Assembly (NCBI GenBank): GCA_951813565.1
Contig: OX638351.1
Span: 2,720,001 to 2,784,000, forward strand
Direction: 5' to 3'
Origin: an uncultured Poribacteria bacterium
GTDB lineage: Bacteria; Poribacteria; WGA-4E; WGA-3G
Length of the DNA: 64,000 bases
The notes beneath the pieces are model-generated. The model was not told the DNA's origin and ran no database searches. It saw nothing but the letters and a program-made list of their open reading frames with translations. A program made the translations under genes and the position numbers. Positions 48,266 through 58,702 of the stretch are shown piece by piece; positions within the stretch are counted from its first letter, which is position 1; every line of letters starts with the position of its first letter.

Positions 48266-48907
48266 TTAGGCATGCAGCATTTTCAGGAATGTATCATGAC
48301 GTGAAAAGTCTTCGACCCAATATTCACACTTTCCCTTTAACCGTGTTCCGACTCCTATGAAGTGCCATCCGAGTTCTTGGGTCGCCTGCATATCCCATTC
48401 AGCATCGCCTATGTATACGATACGCTGGAAGCAATGACCTAATTGCAATAGGCATTTCTTCATAATCACCACGCGTTCATCACCATCATCACTGGAAGTT
48501 AAAATCGTATTCTTCAAGTTAAATCCTGCGTGCCGAAGTTTCATTTTCGCGGTATGTCTCCAACCGCCTGTCGCGAATCCAACTTCGTAGTCCTCTGCAG
48601 CGAGAAGTTTATTAATCAAATGAGTAGCACCTCCTTTTGGGAAGCATTTGCCACCGTTTTGAAAATGCTGCCGAATCAATTCGCCGAATTTTGTGCGAAC
48701 TTCCTCAACTTGTCCCGCTTCCTGAATATTATTCTCTTCCATGATTTGTCGCAAACTACCTGTGTCGGTTACATTCTTGTATTTGCTCCAATCATCATGG
48801 ATATAAACTTCACCCAGGACTTCTCTTATCGCGGAAATGTAACAGGTATCATCGAAACCGAAACTTTCCACCAAAGTGCCATCAATATCAAATATCGTGG
48901 CAATCAT
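48266..48907 (-). CDS. HAD-family hydrolase
   Basis: FDIDGTL, YIGDAEWD. Confidence 0.88.
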   Translation of the reverse strand: MIATIFDIDGTLVESFGFDDTCYISAIREVLGEVYIHDDWSKYKNVTDTGSLRQIMEENNIQEAGQVEEVRTKFGELIRQHFQNGGKCFPKGGATHLINKLLAAEDYEVGFATGGWRHTAKMKLRHAGFNLKNTILTSSDDGDERVVIMKKCLLQLGHCFQRIVYIGDAEWDMQATQELGWHFIGVGTRLKGKCEYWVEDFSRHDTFLKMLHA

Positions 48908-49174
48908 TTATTACTTTTTCCCTATTTTTTGGGTTGTTATACCATTTCTAAAGTTTATATCGCATTAACCGCACCTTAGTGCACAGACTAACAGTCTATG
49001 CTACAAAGGAAACGCAAACTGAAAGTTTATGCTACAATTTCAATCAGAAATGGTATTATGTTCAGGACGATCACCCCTTATGCGTGGGTGCAGTTCACGT
49101 TCTATCCGTGTAGCATCGCCGCGTTCAGGTGCTCCGTTTTCTCGGAGTATTTCAGTGAGGCGTTTGGGAGTCAG

Positions 49175-50047
49175 TTACTCGTCCCCGGTGGAATTCACGA
49201 GCAGTTTTCGTCCATTCAGGGGTTGTACTGGTCGGTTGTTGTCATGAATAATCGCTTTGAATGCTGCGATTTGTGCTTCAGACATCTCGATCGGGGTTGT
49301 CAGTACAATCCATTTGACACCTTCTGAACACGGCGGGGTCGTCAACGAACCGTCGTAACGATAGTAGTGCCGGAAACGCGACGGTGCTTTGTCGGTTATC
49401 TGATCATTTGGTGAGAACATAAAACGAGGATCGACTATTAAGCTGCCATCCTCGGTGACATTCTCAATACGTTGCGTTTCACCTGAGCCTGCGGGTAGAT
49501 GAGACCAGATAGGGTCAAATGCGAAGTTGTGACGACCTCTCTGAATTAGCAATCCAACAACTGCCAACATGCCATCTTCACTTTTGTGAACGAAATGCAC
49601 CTCCATATCAAAGGATTTACCGGCCACCGTGTGTTCGCTCGGTGCATGGAAATGGAATTGGAGCAGCTGATACCGCGTGCCATCAACCTCAATCCAACTT
49701 CCTTTTGGACATGCGACTTCAATTGTATGGCCAGTGTTGCGGATGTTCATGCTTGTTGGATGGTAGTTGTACGGAATAGAATAAAGTTTTGCTGGTGTGG
49801 GGTTCGTAAGATCAATTGGCGATTGGTGTTTACCCTCAGCACACAAGACGTATTCGGGACTGAGCTGCGCCCAAACCCCGGGGCCATTTTCTGCTTCGTA
49901 GCCCCATTCCACTTTCCCGGTGGTGGATGTGACACTCCGTGCCTTTCCACAGCCTGTTATACACATAAGCACACACATAATACTTATCAATGAATTTGCA
50001 ATATGATGCAAACCACGTCCTAAAGTTAACTTTGCATAGTTATCCAT
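49175..50047 (-). CDS. Alpha-class carbonic anhydrase, probable lipoprotein
   Basis: QSPID, QFHFHAPSEH, EVHFVH, GSLTTPPCSEGV, NRPVQP. Confidence 0.95.
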   Translation of the reverse strand: MDNYAKLTLGRGLHHIANSLISIMCVLMCITGCGKARSVTSTTGKVEWGYEAENGPGVWAQLSPEYVLCAEGKHQSPIDLTNPTPAKLYSIPYNYHPTSMNIRNTGHTIEVACPKGSWIEVDGTRYQLLQFHFHAPSEHTVAGKSFDMEVHFVHKSEDGMLAVVGLLIQRGRHNFAFDPIWSHLPAGSGETQRIENVTEDGSLIVDPRFMFSPNDQITDKAPSRFRHYYRYDGSLTTPPCSEGVKWIVLTTPIEMSEAQIAAFKAIIHDNNRPVQPLNGRKLLVNSTGDE

Positions 50048-50214
50048 TTTAACATTCCTTTCGGAGTGGATGCCTTTCTGCAGTAATTAGCATCCGCAGT
50101 AGTCATTATATCTAAACACTCACCTTTGCTTCACCTATACGTCATTTCTGGAAGTTGCCGAGGATGCACAGCAGCCGTCCATCAGTACCTTCTAATATGA
50201 GACAGATTTACATC

Positions 50215-51480
50215 CTATTCATACGCCTTAACGATCAGAGGAAGTTTCTCGCTGTCTTTACCTAATTCAGCACAGACACCGTTTGGATTTAGCACAGTTA
50301 TTGTTCCTGTGACATCTTGAAGCGGTAAATCACTGTCTTGTTGGGTATAGGCAACGGCAGGACGATCATAATTGTCCTCAACAAAACAATCAATGAAATC
50401 AATCCCACCCATCGTTTGAACTATGTTCGTTTGTGGTAAAGATAACGAAATTGGTGACCATTCACCACCGAACTTTCGATCGGTCGCAGCGTTGATAATA
50501 GCACAATCCGTAAACGTCACGCGTGCACCATGAACCGATTTTTCCTGAACCTTAATGCCGTAAGTAAGGGTGTTTTCTACTGTACAGTTATTAAATTCGA
50601 TGTGTCCATCTGGACCTTTGTCTCTGATTTTGGATACGCGAATACCTGCCCCGTGTCTACTGCTAATGTAGCAATTATCAAAGCGGATCGTCACATCTTC
50701 AGTCTCATTTGTGGTATGTGCCAAGAAGATTTCAATTCCGTCACCAGCGTTGTTGATAAACTGGCAACTGGAGAATTGCACATTTTTGATCCGTTGATCG
50801 GGCAAGTCAGGCTCAATGTCTAAACCGGATGAAGGCGGCGTTCCCCACGTGTTTGAAAACGTGCAGTTTTCAGCTATTAGGTTTTCAGCACTAATCACGC
50901 TGATTCCCTGCCGATAATGGTTTTCACAGACAATGTCGCGTAGCAGCACATTTTCAGAGTGTCTGAGTTCCTTACTCCCATTAACATAAATCCCATCTCC
51001 GCCGCTATCTTTGAGCGATAAACCGTATACCTTTACATTCTTAGAACCGCGTATAGACAAAGTCATTCGCCACTCTGCCTTTGGATACTGTCCATACCAC
51101 CGATGCCATCCCATCTGCTCCAGTACAAGTCCCGTGATATAGTCCTGTTTCCACATACGGAAAGTTGCCCCATATCCGCGTATGGTAAGGTTCTCCACAT
51201 CTTGTGCGGTAAACATTGAATCACCTTTGCCGCGAAATTCACCCCGTTTCGCGGAGACGACTGTCCCTCGCTCAAAAATCAGTTCCTGATTGCTGGCAAG
51301 TTTAATTGGTCGAATTATCCAATCGGAACGCATATTTGGGACGATCAATCGCCGCGCGCCGGAATCAATTGCGGCTTGCAATCCATCTGTAGCATCTTCC
51401 GGCTCAAATCCCCACCATGCAGCATTCGCATCTGTCCTTTTTCCTGACTGTACATCTGCAATCGCTTCAAGATTTTTCAT
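50215..51480 (-). CDS. Right-handed parallel beta-helix protein (pectin lyase-like)
   Basis: DATDGLQAAID, GGDGIYV, RQGISV, GLDIEP. Confidence 0.8.
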   Translation of the reverse strand: MKNLEAIADVQSGKRTDANAAWWGFEPEDATDGLQAAIDSGARRLIVPNMRSDWIIRPIKLASNQELIFERGTVVSAKRGEFRGKGDSMFTAQDVENLTIRGYGATFRMWKQDYITGLVLEQMGWHRWYGQYPKAEWRMTLSIRGSKNVKVYGLSLKDSGGDGIYVNGSKELRHSENVLLRDIVCENHYRQGISVISAENLIAENCTFSNTWGTPPSSGLDIEPDLPDQRIKNVQFSSCQFINNAGDGIEIFLAHTTNETEDVTIRFDNCYISSRHGAGIRVSKIRDKGPDGHIEFNNCTVENTLTYGIKVQEKSVHGARVTFTDCAIINAATDRKFGGEWSPISLSLPQTNIVQTMGGIDFIDCFVEDNYDRPAVAYTQQDSDLPLQDVTGTITVLNPNGVCAELGKDSEKLPLIVKAYE

Positions 51481-51545
51481 CGTTTATGCTCCATAATGCA
51501 GTTCCATTAACATAAAATGCCCAAAGAATCAGACCAGTTAAGTTA

Positions 51546-51803
51546 TTAAAGCGCTTTTGGTTCATTCGGAAAAACTTCACGAATAGCATTCCAATCAATT
51601 ATTGCAACCCACAAATCCTCTTCGTCCGAGTATTGTACTATACCGTCCACTTCCAATTCTTCACTGTAAAGAATTAGATGTTGACTATCTCGTAAAGTGA
51701 TTTTCTGACAGGCAATATCTGCCAGAGTGCCTGCACAATTCAAACGTAATCTGCCTTTCGGGTCAGCGTTATGGAAGCCTGCAAAGACTCTTAATTTCTT
51801 CAT
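51546..51803 (-). CDS. Small hypothetical protein
   Basis: MKKLRVFAGFHNADPKGRLRL...WVAIIDW; follows the zinc-finger gene. Confidence 0.55.
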   Translation of the reverse strand: MKKLRVFAGFHNADPKGRLRLNCAGTLADIACQKITLRDSQHLILYSEELEVDGIVQYSDEEDLWVAIIDWNAIREVFPNEPKAL

Positions 51804-52032
51804 CACTATTTGAAAACTGCAACTGGTACGAATCGTTTTGTCGCGAGATTTTCCGGGAACGTTTAATGTGTTCAATTTGATCCAATGTCTGTGCAGTCAT
51901 ATATCTCTCACCACAATGAGGACAACAGATTACAGGCACATTTTCAATAACCAGGAGCGATTCCCCTTTTCCGTAACTACGAGTAAGATAACGTTGACGC
52001 GCTCCTTCTTTTCCACACACATCGCAAGTCAT
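51769..52032 (-). CDS. YgiT/MqsA-type zinc-finger protein (C-terminus probably frameshifted)
   Basis: CDVC...VIENVPVICCPHCGERY; adding one A near 51850 gives RKNLATKRFVPVAVFK*. Confidence 0.82.
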   Translation of the reverse strand: MTCDVCGKEGARQRYLTRSYGKGESLLVIENVPVICCPHCGERYMTAQTLDQIEHIKRSRKISRQNDSYQLQFSNSDEEIKSLCRLP

Positions 52033-52061
52033 AGTATCACCCCTTGCTATCGGAAAATCTA

Positions 52062-53345
52062 TTATAACGCAAACGTCTTCTCATCATCAAGATCCATCAT
52101 CGCGAACCAAGTATTGATATCCGCAGGGTCAGCATCAAGTTTTTTGAGCATTTTCGCCATCATCGCTTTATACCGTTCGGTTTCGGGACCCATTTGCGTC
52201 ATCTTTTCATTAAATGCTTTGATGTCCGCTTCGCTTTTTGAATAGTTCTGCTTCAGCCATGCCTCTACCGCCGCATCGGTTGACAACGTCTTTAGTGCCT
52301 CAGTAAAATCAGCAGGGGGCACTCCCAAAAATCCAAGCGCCATCCTATCCATTCCTGAATCTTCTCCATAAAAATAAGGTCCCAAGGTGTTGCCAATAAA
52401 TGCCCTACCTTTGTCAATCAATCGGGCAAGATGCACCATACCGTATACATCAGTATTGTAAGGGCTGCGTGGTGCACGACGATTGAGGTCAACGATACCG
52501 AAACTCAACTGATCGTCTAAATCTTGGAGTGCCACCCACGTGGTGATGTCCGTGCGGGTCGGATCTACTTCTTGGCGGCGTGCTTCAAAACGTTCCCGTG
52601 AAGCTTCATCAGGACCACGATTGACCATAGCATGATTGTACGCCTCAATCTCATCTTGTGATTTATTGCAGTTTTCCTGCACCCATTCACCTATCTCAAT
52701 ATCGTTCGGATTGTTAACCGCTGCTTCCTGAAAATCATCGGCAGAAACACCAAGGAACGTCAAAATTCGCACATCTTGTCCAGAAATATCGCCATATTTA
52801 TAGTCACCGATTTTTCCTGCGCGTTCCGCGCGTGCTTTATCCGCCATGCGTGCCACACCGCAGATACCTGCAACGTCCCTTGCACGTGCACTGCGTGGTG
52901 GGCGTGCAGTGAGATCTACCTGCCAGAAACATCCCCAATCGTCCAGTTCAATGGACTGCAGTACTGTCTTAATATCGGTGCGATCTGGCGCGAACTTTGC
53001 AAGCCTTTCTTTTAGAAGTTGCTGATGCTTTTTGTCTGTCGGTAGCCGTTCCAATTCCGATTGGTTGAATGCTGCAATCTCCTCATCTGTTTTCTTTCCC
53101 TTTTCAAGCATCCAACTACTGAGTGTCGCATCATCGGACTCGTCAGCTGCCTCCGCAAAATCGTCTGCTGAAATATCCAAAAACGCTAATATGCGCCGAT
53201 CTAAACCTGAATGATTTCCATAGACAAAATCGCCGAGGGTTTCCTCGTTATGTGCGCGTGCTTTGTCTGTCATGCGTGCCGCGCCGACAATCCCTGCAAC
53301 ACCCAGGTTTGAAGGACGACGTGGTGGTTGGCGTGTTAAATCCAT
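52062..53345 (-). CDS. Protein with three tandem DUF5069-like domains
   Basis: Three repeats of DL....PR(R/S)......G....AR..DK.RA...LG.Y.YG..SG.D. Confidence 0.75.
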   Translation of the reverse strand: MDLTRQPPRRPSNLGVAGIVGAARMTDKARAHNEETLGDFVYGNHSGLDRRILAFLDISADDFAEAADESDDATLSSWMLEKGKKTDEEIAAFNQSELERLPTDKKHQQLLKERLAKFAPDRTDIKTVLQSIELDDWGCFWQVDLTARPPRSARARDVAGICGVARMADKARAERAGKIGDYKYGDISGQDVRILTFLGVSADDFQEAAVNNPNDIEIGEWVQENCNKSQDEIEAYNHAMVNRGPDEASRERFEARRQEVDPTRTDITTWVALQDLDDQLSFGIVDLNRRAPRSPYNTDVYGMVHLARLIDKGRAFIGNTLGPYFYGEDSGMDRMALGFLGVPPADFTEALKTLSTDAAVEAWLKQNYSKSEADIKAFNEKMTQMGPETERYKAMMAKMLKKLDADPADINTWFAMMDLDDEKTFAL

Positions 53346-53486
53346 AATTCGTTTCCTTTCAATTTATTTTAAAATATGGTATCATATCTGTTATGACATT
53401 GTATCATATTTAGTAAGTGTGTCAATAAAAAACTGGCAGAATTGTGTCATACGAATAGCATTGCAGAAACAGGAAATTCACATCTC

Positions 53487-55835
53487 ATGAGACATAGAAT
53501 CAAATCTTTCTTGAGTTTACTGGAAAAAACTTTTGTGTTTCTCTTTTCACCAGATTTATGGATGGAGAAGAAAGCGAAAGATTCCATTGTCCGCTTAGTG
53601 AGCAAAGGTGACAAATCAAATACTCTTGGCTGTGGCTTCTTTGTGGACAAAAACAAGATTGCAACAAGTATTCATGTGGTCGCACAACCTGATCCCATTT
53701 TCGCAAAACTTAGCGATAAAGAGGAAATCTTATCAATTGAAGGCATTGTAGCTTATGATGTTAAAAACAATCTCGTTATCTTAAAACTCTCTGGTGAAGG
53801 TACTCCACTGCAGATAGGTGACAGTGATGCGGTTCAAACCGATGAGTCAGTTTCTGTTATAGGATACTCTGACGGAAAGTACAAGGTTAGAAAAGGGAAA
53901 GTACATAATATCCGAAACAGTGACAAATGGATCCGGACGAAAGTCAACACTTCTTCAGTGCGTAGTGGATCTCCAGTCATAAACAGTAAGCAAGAGGTTA
54001 TTGGGATTGTTGCTTGGTTTGGGGTTTGCACTTATGCTATTCCCACAAGTGCTCTCAAGGTCTTGCTTCCAAAATTAGACGTAATGGAATCTTTGGCAGA
54101 CTGGCAAAAACGAGAACTTATCCGTGCCTATACTTACTTCAATGAGGGTAAAAATAAATATAACGCTGAGGACTTTGATGGAGCAGCAGCAGCTTTCAAT
54201 AAAGCTATTCAACTAAATCCGGAATATACCTTTGCCTACTTCGAGCGTGGAGTCACGAAGTCCAATCTTGGCGACTATTCTGGTGCAATAGATGACTATA
54301 CTCGCGTTATAAAACTAAACTCTGAGTACGCTGATGCCTACAACAATCGCGGATGGATGAAGTATACGCTTGGTAAATCTAAAGCAGGTCAAGGAAATGC
54401 AGCAGAAGCACAGAATTTCTATCAAGAAGCGATAGATGACTACACGCAAACAACTACGATTGACCTTGAGCATCCTCTTGCTTACGATAATCGCGGATGG
54501 GCAAAGGCTGCTCTTGGTGACATAGTATCCGCTCAGGGGAATCCGGAGAAAGCACGCAGCTTGTATCAATCGGGTATCGCCGACTATTTTAAATTAGCAG
54601 ATGCAAATGCACAGAAATCAGGATCGGATTCCGAAAAAGGCAGAGAATCTACAGTCCGTGTCATGTGCTGGACTGGACCTTCGAGTGAATTTCCCTATGG
54701 TAGCGGGTTCTTCGTAGATAAGGACAAGATTGTAACAAACATCCACGTTGTTGCAAGACCCGGTCCCATATTCGCAAAACTAAATGATAAAAAAACAATC
54801 TGGACAGTTGAAGGTGTAACCGCGTATGATATAGAATACGATATCGTTGTCCTAAAACTTGCAGGTGAAGGCACACCATTGCCTTTGGGAAACAGCGATA
54901 CAGTTCAAAGAGGTGAACCTGTTGTTGCTGTGGGATATCCCGATAGAAAATACAAGGTCAGTTCTGGAAATGTACACGGCATACGAAATAGCGACAAATT
55001 GCTTGGAACCACAGCTGAATCTGCCAAAGGAAGCAGTGGCGGCCCAGTGTTAAATGGCAAAGGAGAAGTTGTCGGGATTACCACTCGATCGGACTATTAC
55101 AACTTCTCTGTTCCATCAAACAGACTTAAGGTATTACTCGCTCAATCTGGACCATCGGAACCTTTGGAACAGTGGCATCAGCGCGACCATATCCGCGCTT
55201 ACGCTTACCACCTTGAAGGAGAAGTTAGATTCAATGCTGGAGACGATGCCAACGCGATAGTTAGCTTTGATAACGCAATCCTACAAAACCCTAAACATAT
55301 TCTCGCATACTTCTGGCGTGGACGAGCAAAGACTAATCTTGGTAAATCTAAAGCAGATCAAGGGGATATAACAGAAGCACAGCAACTTTATCAAGCAGCT
55401 ATAGACGACAACACACTAACCCTCAAGATTAATCCAGAGTTTGCCCTCGCCTACAATAATCGAGGGTGGACACAGCATGAATTTGGAAAATCTAAAGCAG
55501 GTCAAGGTGATGTAGCAGAAGCACAACAACTTTATAAAGCAGCAATTAATGACTATACACGCTCAATTAAGATTGACCCTAAATATACTTTCCCTTATTT
55601 CTCTCGGGGACTCACGAGAACGGCCCTCGGTAAATCTAAAGCGGAAAAAGGCAGTATAGCAGAAGCGAAAAAACTTTATCAGAAAGCAATTGATGATTAT
55701 ACACAAGCAATCAAGATTGACCCAAAGCATGTGCTTGCTCACTATAATCGTGGAAACGCAAAAAAAGCACTTGGACAGTCTGATGAAGCAGAAAAGGACT
55801 TTACAAAGGCGATAGAACTGGAAGCCGAAAAATGA
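53487..55835 (+). CDS. Double trypsin-like protease domain / TPR protein
   Basis: Two GFFV...HVV...SGxP domains, each followed by TPRs. Confidence 0.88.
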   Translation: MRHRIKSFLSLLEKTFVFLFSPDLWMEKKAKDSIVRLVSKGDKSNTLGCGFFVDKNKIATSIHVVAQPDPIFAKLSDKEEILSIEGIVAYDVKNNLVILKLSGEGTPLQIGDSDAVQTDESVSVIGYSDGKYKVRKGKVHNIRNSDKWIRTKVNTSSVRSGSPVINSKQEVIGIVAWFGVCTYAIPTSALKVLLPKLDVMESLADWQKRELIRAYTYFNEGKNKYNAEDFDGAAAAFNKAIQLNPEYTFAYFERGVTKSNLGDYSGAIDDYTRVIKLNSEYADAYNNRGWMKYTLGKSKAGQGNAAEAQNFYQEAIDDYTQTTTIDLEHPLAYDNRGWAKAALGDIVSAQGNPEKARSLYQSGIADYFKLADANAQKSGSDSEKGRESTVRVMCWTGPSSEFPYGSGFFVDKDKIVTNIHVVARPGPIFAKLNDKKTIWTVEGVTAYDIEYDIVVLKLAGEGTPLPLGNSDTVQRGEPVVAVGYPDRKYKVSSGNVHGIRNSDKLLGTTAESAKGSSGGPVLNGKGEVVGITTRSDYYNFSVPSNRLKVLLAQSGPSEPLEQWHQRDHIRAYAYHLEGEVRFNAGDDANAIVSFDNAILQNPKHILAYFWRGRAKTNLGKSKADQGDITEAQQLYQAAIDDNTLTLKINPEFALAYNNRGWTQHEFGKSKAGQGDVAEAQQLYKAAINDYTRSIKIDPKYTFPYFSRGLTRTALGKSKAEKGSIAEAKKLYQKAIDDYTQAIKIDPKHVLAHYNRGNAKKALGQSDEAEKDFTKAIELEAEK

Positions 55836-55893
55836 TACCACGCGTGCCTGTCTACGATCAGGTATTAGTCTACAAAGATGAAATTTATATCTT

Positions 55894-58659
55894 ATGAAGT
55901 ACAGCATCAAAACTTTCCTGGGTTTATTGGTAACCTTTGCGTTTCTCCTATCCTGTGCACAGGCACCCCAGCAGGTTGCTGAAAAAACTGTAGTCCCACC
56001 AGCAGACATAGCAACCCAAAAAGCAAAAGATTCTACAGTCCGTTTGGTGAGTAAATTTGGAGATGCAGTAAGTTTTAGTAGTGGTTTTTTCGTGGACACG
56101 GATAAAATCGCGACGAATATCCATGTTGTCGCACAGCCCGGACCCGTATTCGCCAAACTTAGCGACAAAGAGACAATCTTGGCAGTTGAAGGTGTTGCAG
56201 CGTTTGATGTGAAAAACAATCTCGTCATTTTAAAACTTTCTGGTGAAGGCACACCATTGCCGATAGGTGACAGTGATACGGTTCAAAGCGGTGAGTCTGT
56301 TTCTGTAATAGGATATCCTGATGGTAAATACAAAGCCTCAACTGGAACTATAGATTACAGGCAAAAAAGTGATAAATGGTTTGAAGTGAAAGTCTCTGTT
56401 TCTAAGGAAAGCAGTGGCGGCCCTGTGCTGAACAGTAAGGGAGAAGTGATCGGTATTGCTGTCGGATATGGTGACGATTCTGGCAACTACGCTATTCCTT
56501 CAAACGCGCTTAAGGCATTGCTTGCACAATCGGTGCCCCTGGAATCTTTGGTAGAGTGGCGGAAGCGGGAAGTTATCCGCGCTGAGGGGCACCACAGTCA
56601 AGGTGAACAAAAATACGCTGCCAAGGACTATAAAAACGCGATAGTTGCCTTTGGTAAAGCCATCACGCTAAACCCTGAGCATGTTCCCGCATACTACAAG
56701 CGGGCAAGGGCGAAGTATTACATAAATGACTATGCGGGTGCGATAGATGATTGTACACACGCTATAAAACTAAATCCTGAACATGCCAGAGCATACAACA
56801 ATCGCGGAAGCACAAAGTTTCGGATTGAGGACTATTCTGGTGCGATAGACGACTATACACACGCTATCAAAATTGATCCTGAGGATGCGGGACTTTACAG
56901 TAATCGCGGAGGAGCAAGGATAAAATTTGGCGAATCCAAATTCAATGGCGGCGATGCGGAAAAAGCACAATATTTATATCAAGAGGCGATTGAAGACTGT
57001 ACTCAAGCGATCAAAATAGAACCTGGGAATTATGGTGCTTATAGGAATCGTGGAATAGCGGCAGCAGCACTTGGAGATGTCGAATCTGAGAGCGGCAATG
57101 CAAGTAAAATAAAATCCTTGTACCAAGGAGGCATCACAGACTATTATAAATCCATCCAACTGAAAAATTCAGAGGATGCTGATGTGCCAATAGCACCCAT
57201 AGAATTTCAGGAAGGCAATGCCTCCACAGTCCACGTGGCAGGTTGGACCAGTGTTTCAAGTGGATTTTTCACCGGTAGCGGCTTCTTTGTGGACACAGAC
57301 AAGATTGCGACAAATATACATGTCGTAGCCAGACCCGGTCCCGTTTTCGCTAAACTCAAGGACGAAGAAACAATTTGGGAAGTTGTGGATGTAACCGCGT
57401 TTGATGTGGAAAACGATCTCGTTGTCCTAAAGATTTCCGGTGAAGGTACGCCGTTACCTTTAGGCGACAGTGATACGATCCAAATTGGGGAATCTATTGT
57501 TACTGTGGGGTACCCCGCAGGAAAATACAAGGTCACCAAGGGGAAAGTACACAACATCCGAAACAACGACAAATGGCTCCTAACAACAGCCAATACTTCT
57601 TCAGGAGGCAGTGGTGCTCCTATGCTAAACAGTAAGGATGAAGTTATAGGGATTAATGCACAGTCAGGCAATTACGGTCGTGCTATCCCCTCAAATACAC
57701 TTAAGGCATTGCTCGCGCGGTCAGAATTAACTGAATCTTTGGAAGAGTGGCAGGAGCGGGAGCTGATCCAGGCCTATGCCTACTTTGTTCAAGGGCACAT
57801 TAAACACACACAAAAAGATTATGAAGGGGCAATAACTGATTTAGACGCAGCCATCCAACTAAGTCCTGAATTTGCCCTCGCTTATTACGAGCGGGCAAAC
57901 GTGTATGAATCCCGTAAGAATCTTAAGGCGGCAATAGTCAATTATGATAAAGCAATTGAGCTAGGTCCTGAAGATGCTATTATCTATCAAAACCGAGGGT
58001 ATTTGAAGCACGACCTTGGTGTAGCTAAAGCAGGTAAAAGTCGAAAGTTAGCAAAAGCACAGAAATTCTTTCAAGAGGCAATAGATGACTATACACATGC
58101 TATCAGGATCGACCCTAAGTTTACTCATGCCTATTTCAATCGCGGGTTAACAAAGCATGACCTCGGTGAATCTAAAGAAGAACAAGGAAATGTAATAGAA
58201 GCAGAAAAACTTTACCACGCAGCAATAGATGACTATACACACGCTATAAAACTAAACCCTGACGATGCCGATACTTTTTACAATCGCGGGTTAACAAAGC
58301 ATGACCTCGGTGAATCTAAAGAAGAACAAGGAAATGTAATAGAAGCAGAAAAACTTTATCACGCAGCAATAGATGACTATACACACGCTATAAAACTAAA
58401 CCCTGACGATGCAGGCACTTTTCACAATCGTGGGGTAGCAAAGCATGACCTCGGAAATTCTAAAGCAGAACAAGGAAATGTAACAGAGGCACAACAATTT
58501 TACCAAACAGCGATAGACGACTATACGGATGCAATAAAGATTAACCCGAAGTATGTCCTTGCTTACTTTTGGCGCGGAAAGACAAAGAAAGCACTCAGAC
58601 AGCATGAGGCAGCGAAAAAGGATTTCAAGAAGGCAAGAGAACTGGAATCGGATCAGTGA
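55894..58659 (+). CDS. Double trypsin-like protease domain / TPR lipoprotein (paralog of the previous gene)
   Basis: LLSC lipobox; same architecture. Confidence 0.88.
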   Translation: MKYSIKTFLGLLVTFAFLLSCAQAPQQVAEKTVVPPADIATQKAKDSTVRLVSKFGDAVSFSSGFFVDTDKIATNIHVVAQPGPVFAKLSDKETILAVEGVAAFDVKNNLVILKLSGEGTPLPIGDSDTVQSGESVSVIGYPDGKYKASTGTIDYRQKSDKWFEVKVSVSKESSGGPVLNSKGEVIGIAVGYGDDSGNYAIPSNALKALLAQSVPLESLVEWRKREVIRAEGHHSQGEQKYAAKDYKNAIVAFGKAITLNPEHVPAYYKRARAKYYINDYAGAIDDCTHAIKLNPEHARAYNNRGSTKFRIEDYSGAIDDYTHAIKIDPEDAGLYSNRGGARIKFGESKFNGGDAEKAQYLYQEAIEDCTQAIKIEPGNYGAYRNRGIAAAALGDVESESGNASKIKSLYQGGITDYYKSIQLKNSEDADVPIAPIEFQEGNASTVHVAGWTSVSSGFFTGSGFFVDTDKIATNIHVVARPGPVFAKLKDEETIWEVVDVTAFDVENDLVVLKISGEGTPLPLGDSDTIQIGESIVTVGYPAGKYKVTKGKVHNIRNNDKWLLTTANTSSGGSGAPMLNSKDEVIGINAQSGNYGRAIPSNTLKALLARSELTESLEEWQERELIQAYAYFVQGHIKHTQKDYEGAITDLDAAIQLSPEFALAYYERANVYESRKNLKAAIVNYDKAIELGPEDAIIYQNRGYLKHDLGVAKAGKSRKLAKAQKFFQEAIDDYTHAIRIDPKFTHAYFNRGLTKHDLGESKEEQGNVIEAEKLYHAAIDDYTHAIKLNPDDADTFYNRGLTKHDLGESKEEQGNVIEAEKLYHAAIDDYTHAIKLNPDDAGTFHNRGVAKHDLGNSKAEQGNVTEAQQFYQTAIDDYTDAIKINPKYVLAYFWRGKTKKALRQHEAAKKDFKKARELESDQ
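58138..58412 (+). repeat. Near-perfect 144-bp tandem repeat encoding 48-aa extended TPR units
   Basis: Copies start at 58138 and 58282; more diverged units flank them. Confidence 0.9.
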
Positions 58660-58702
58660 CAACACACATGACTGTTTACAGCAGGTATAAATTTACAAAC
58701 AA

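Noticed and set aside
58138..58412. Diversity-generating retroelement TR/VR pair
   Set aside because: The repeats are adjacent and in frame, there is no adenine-specific mismatch pattern, and no reverse transcriptase lies in the window
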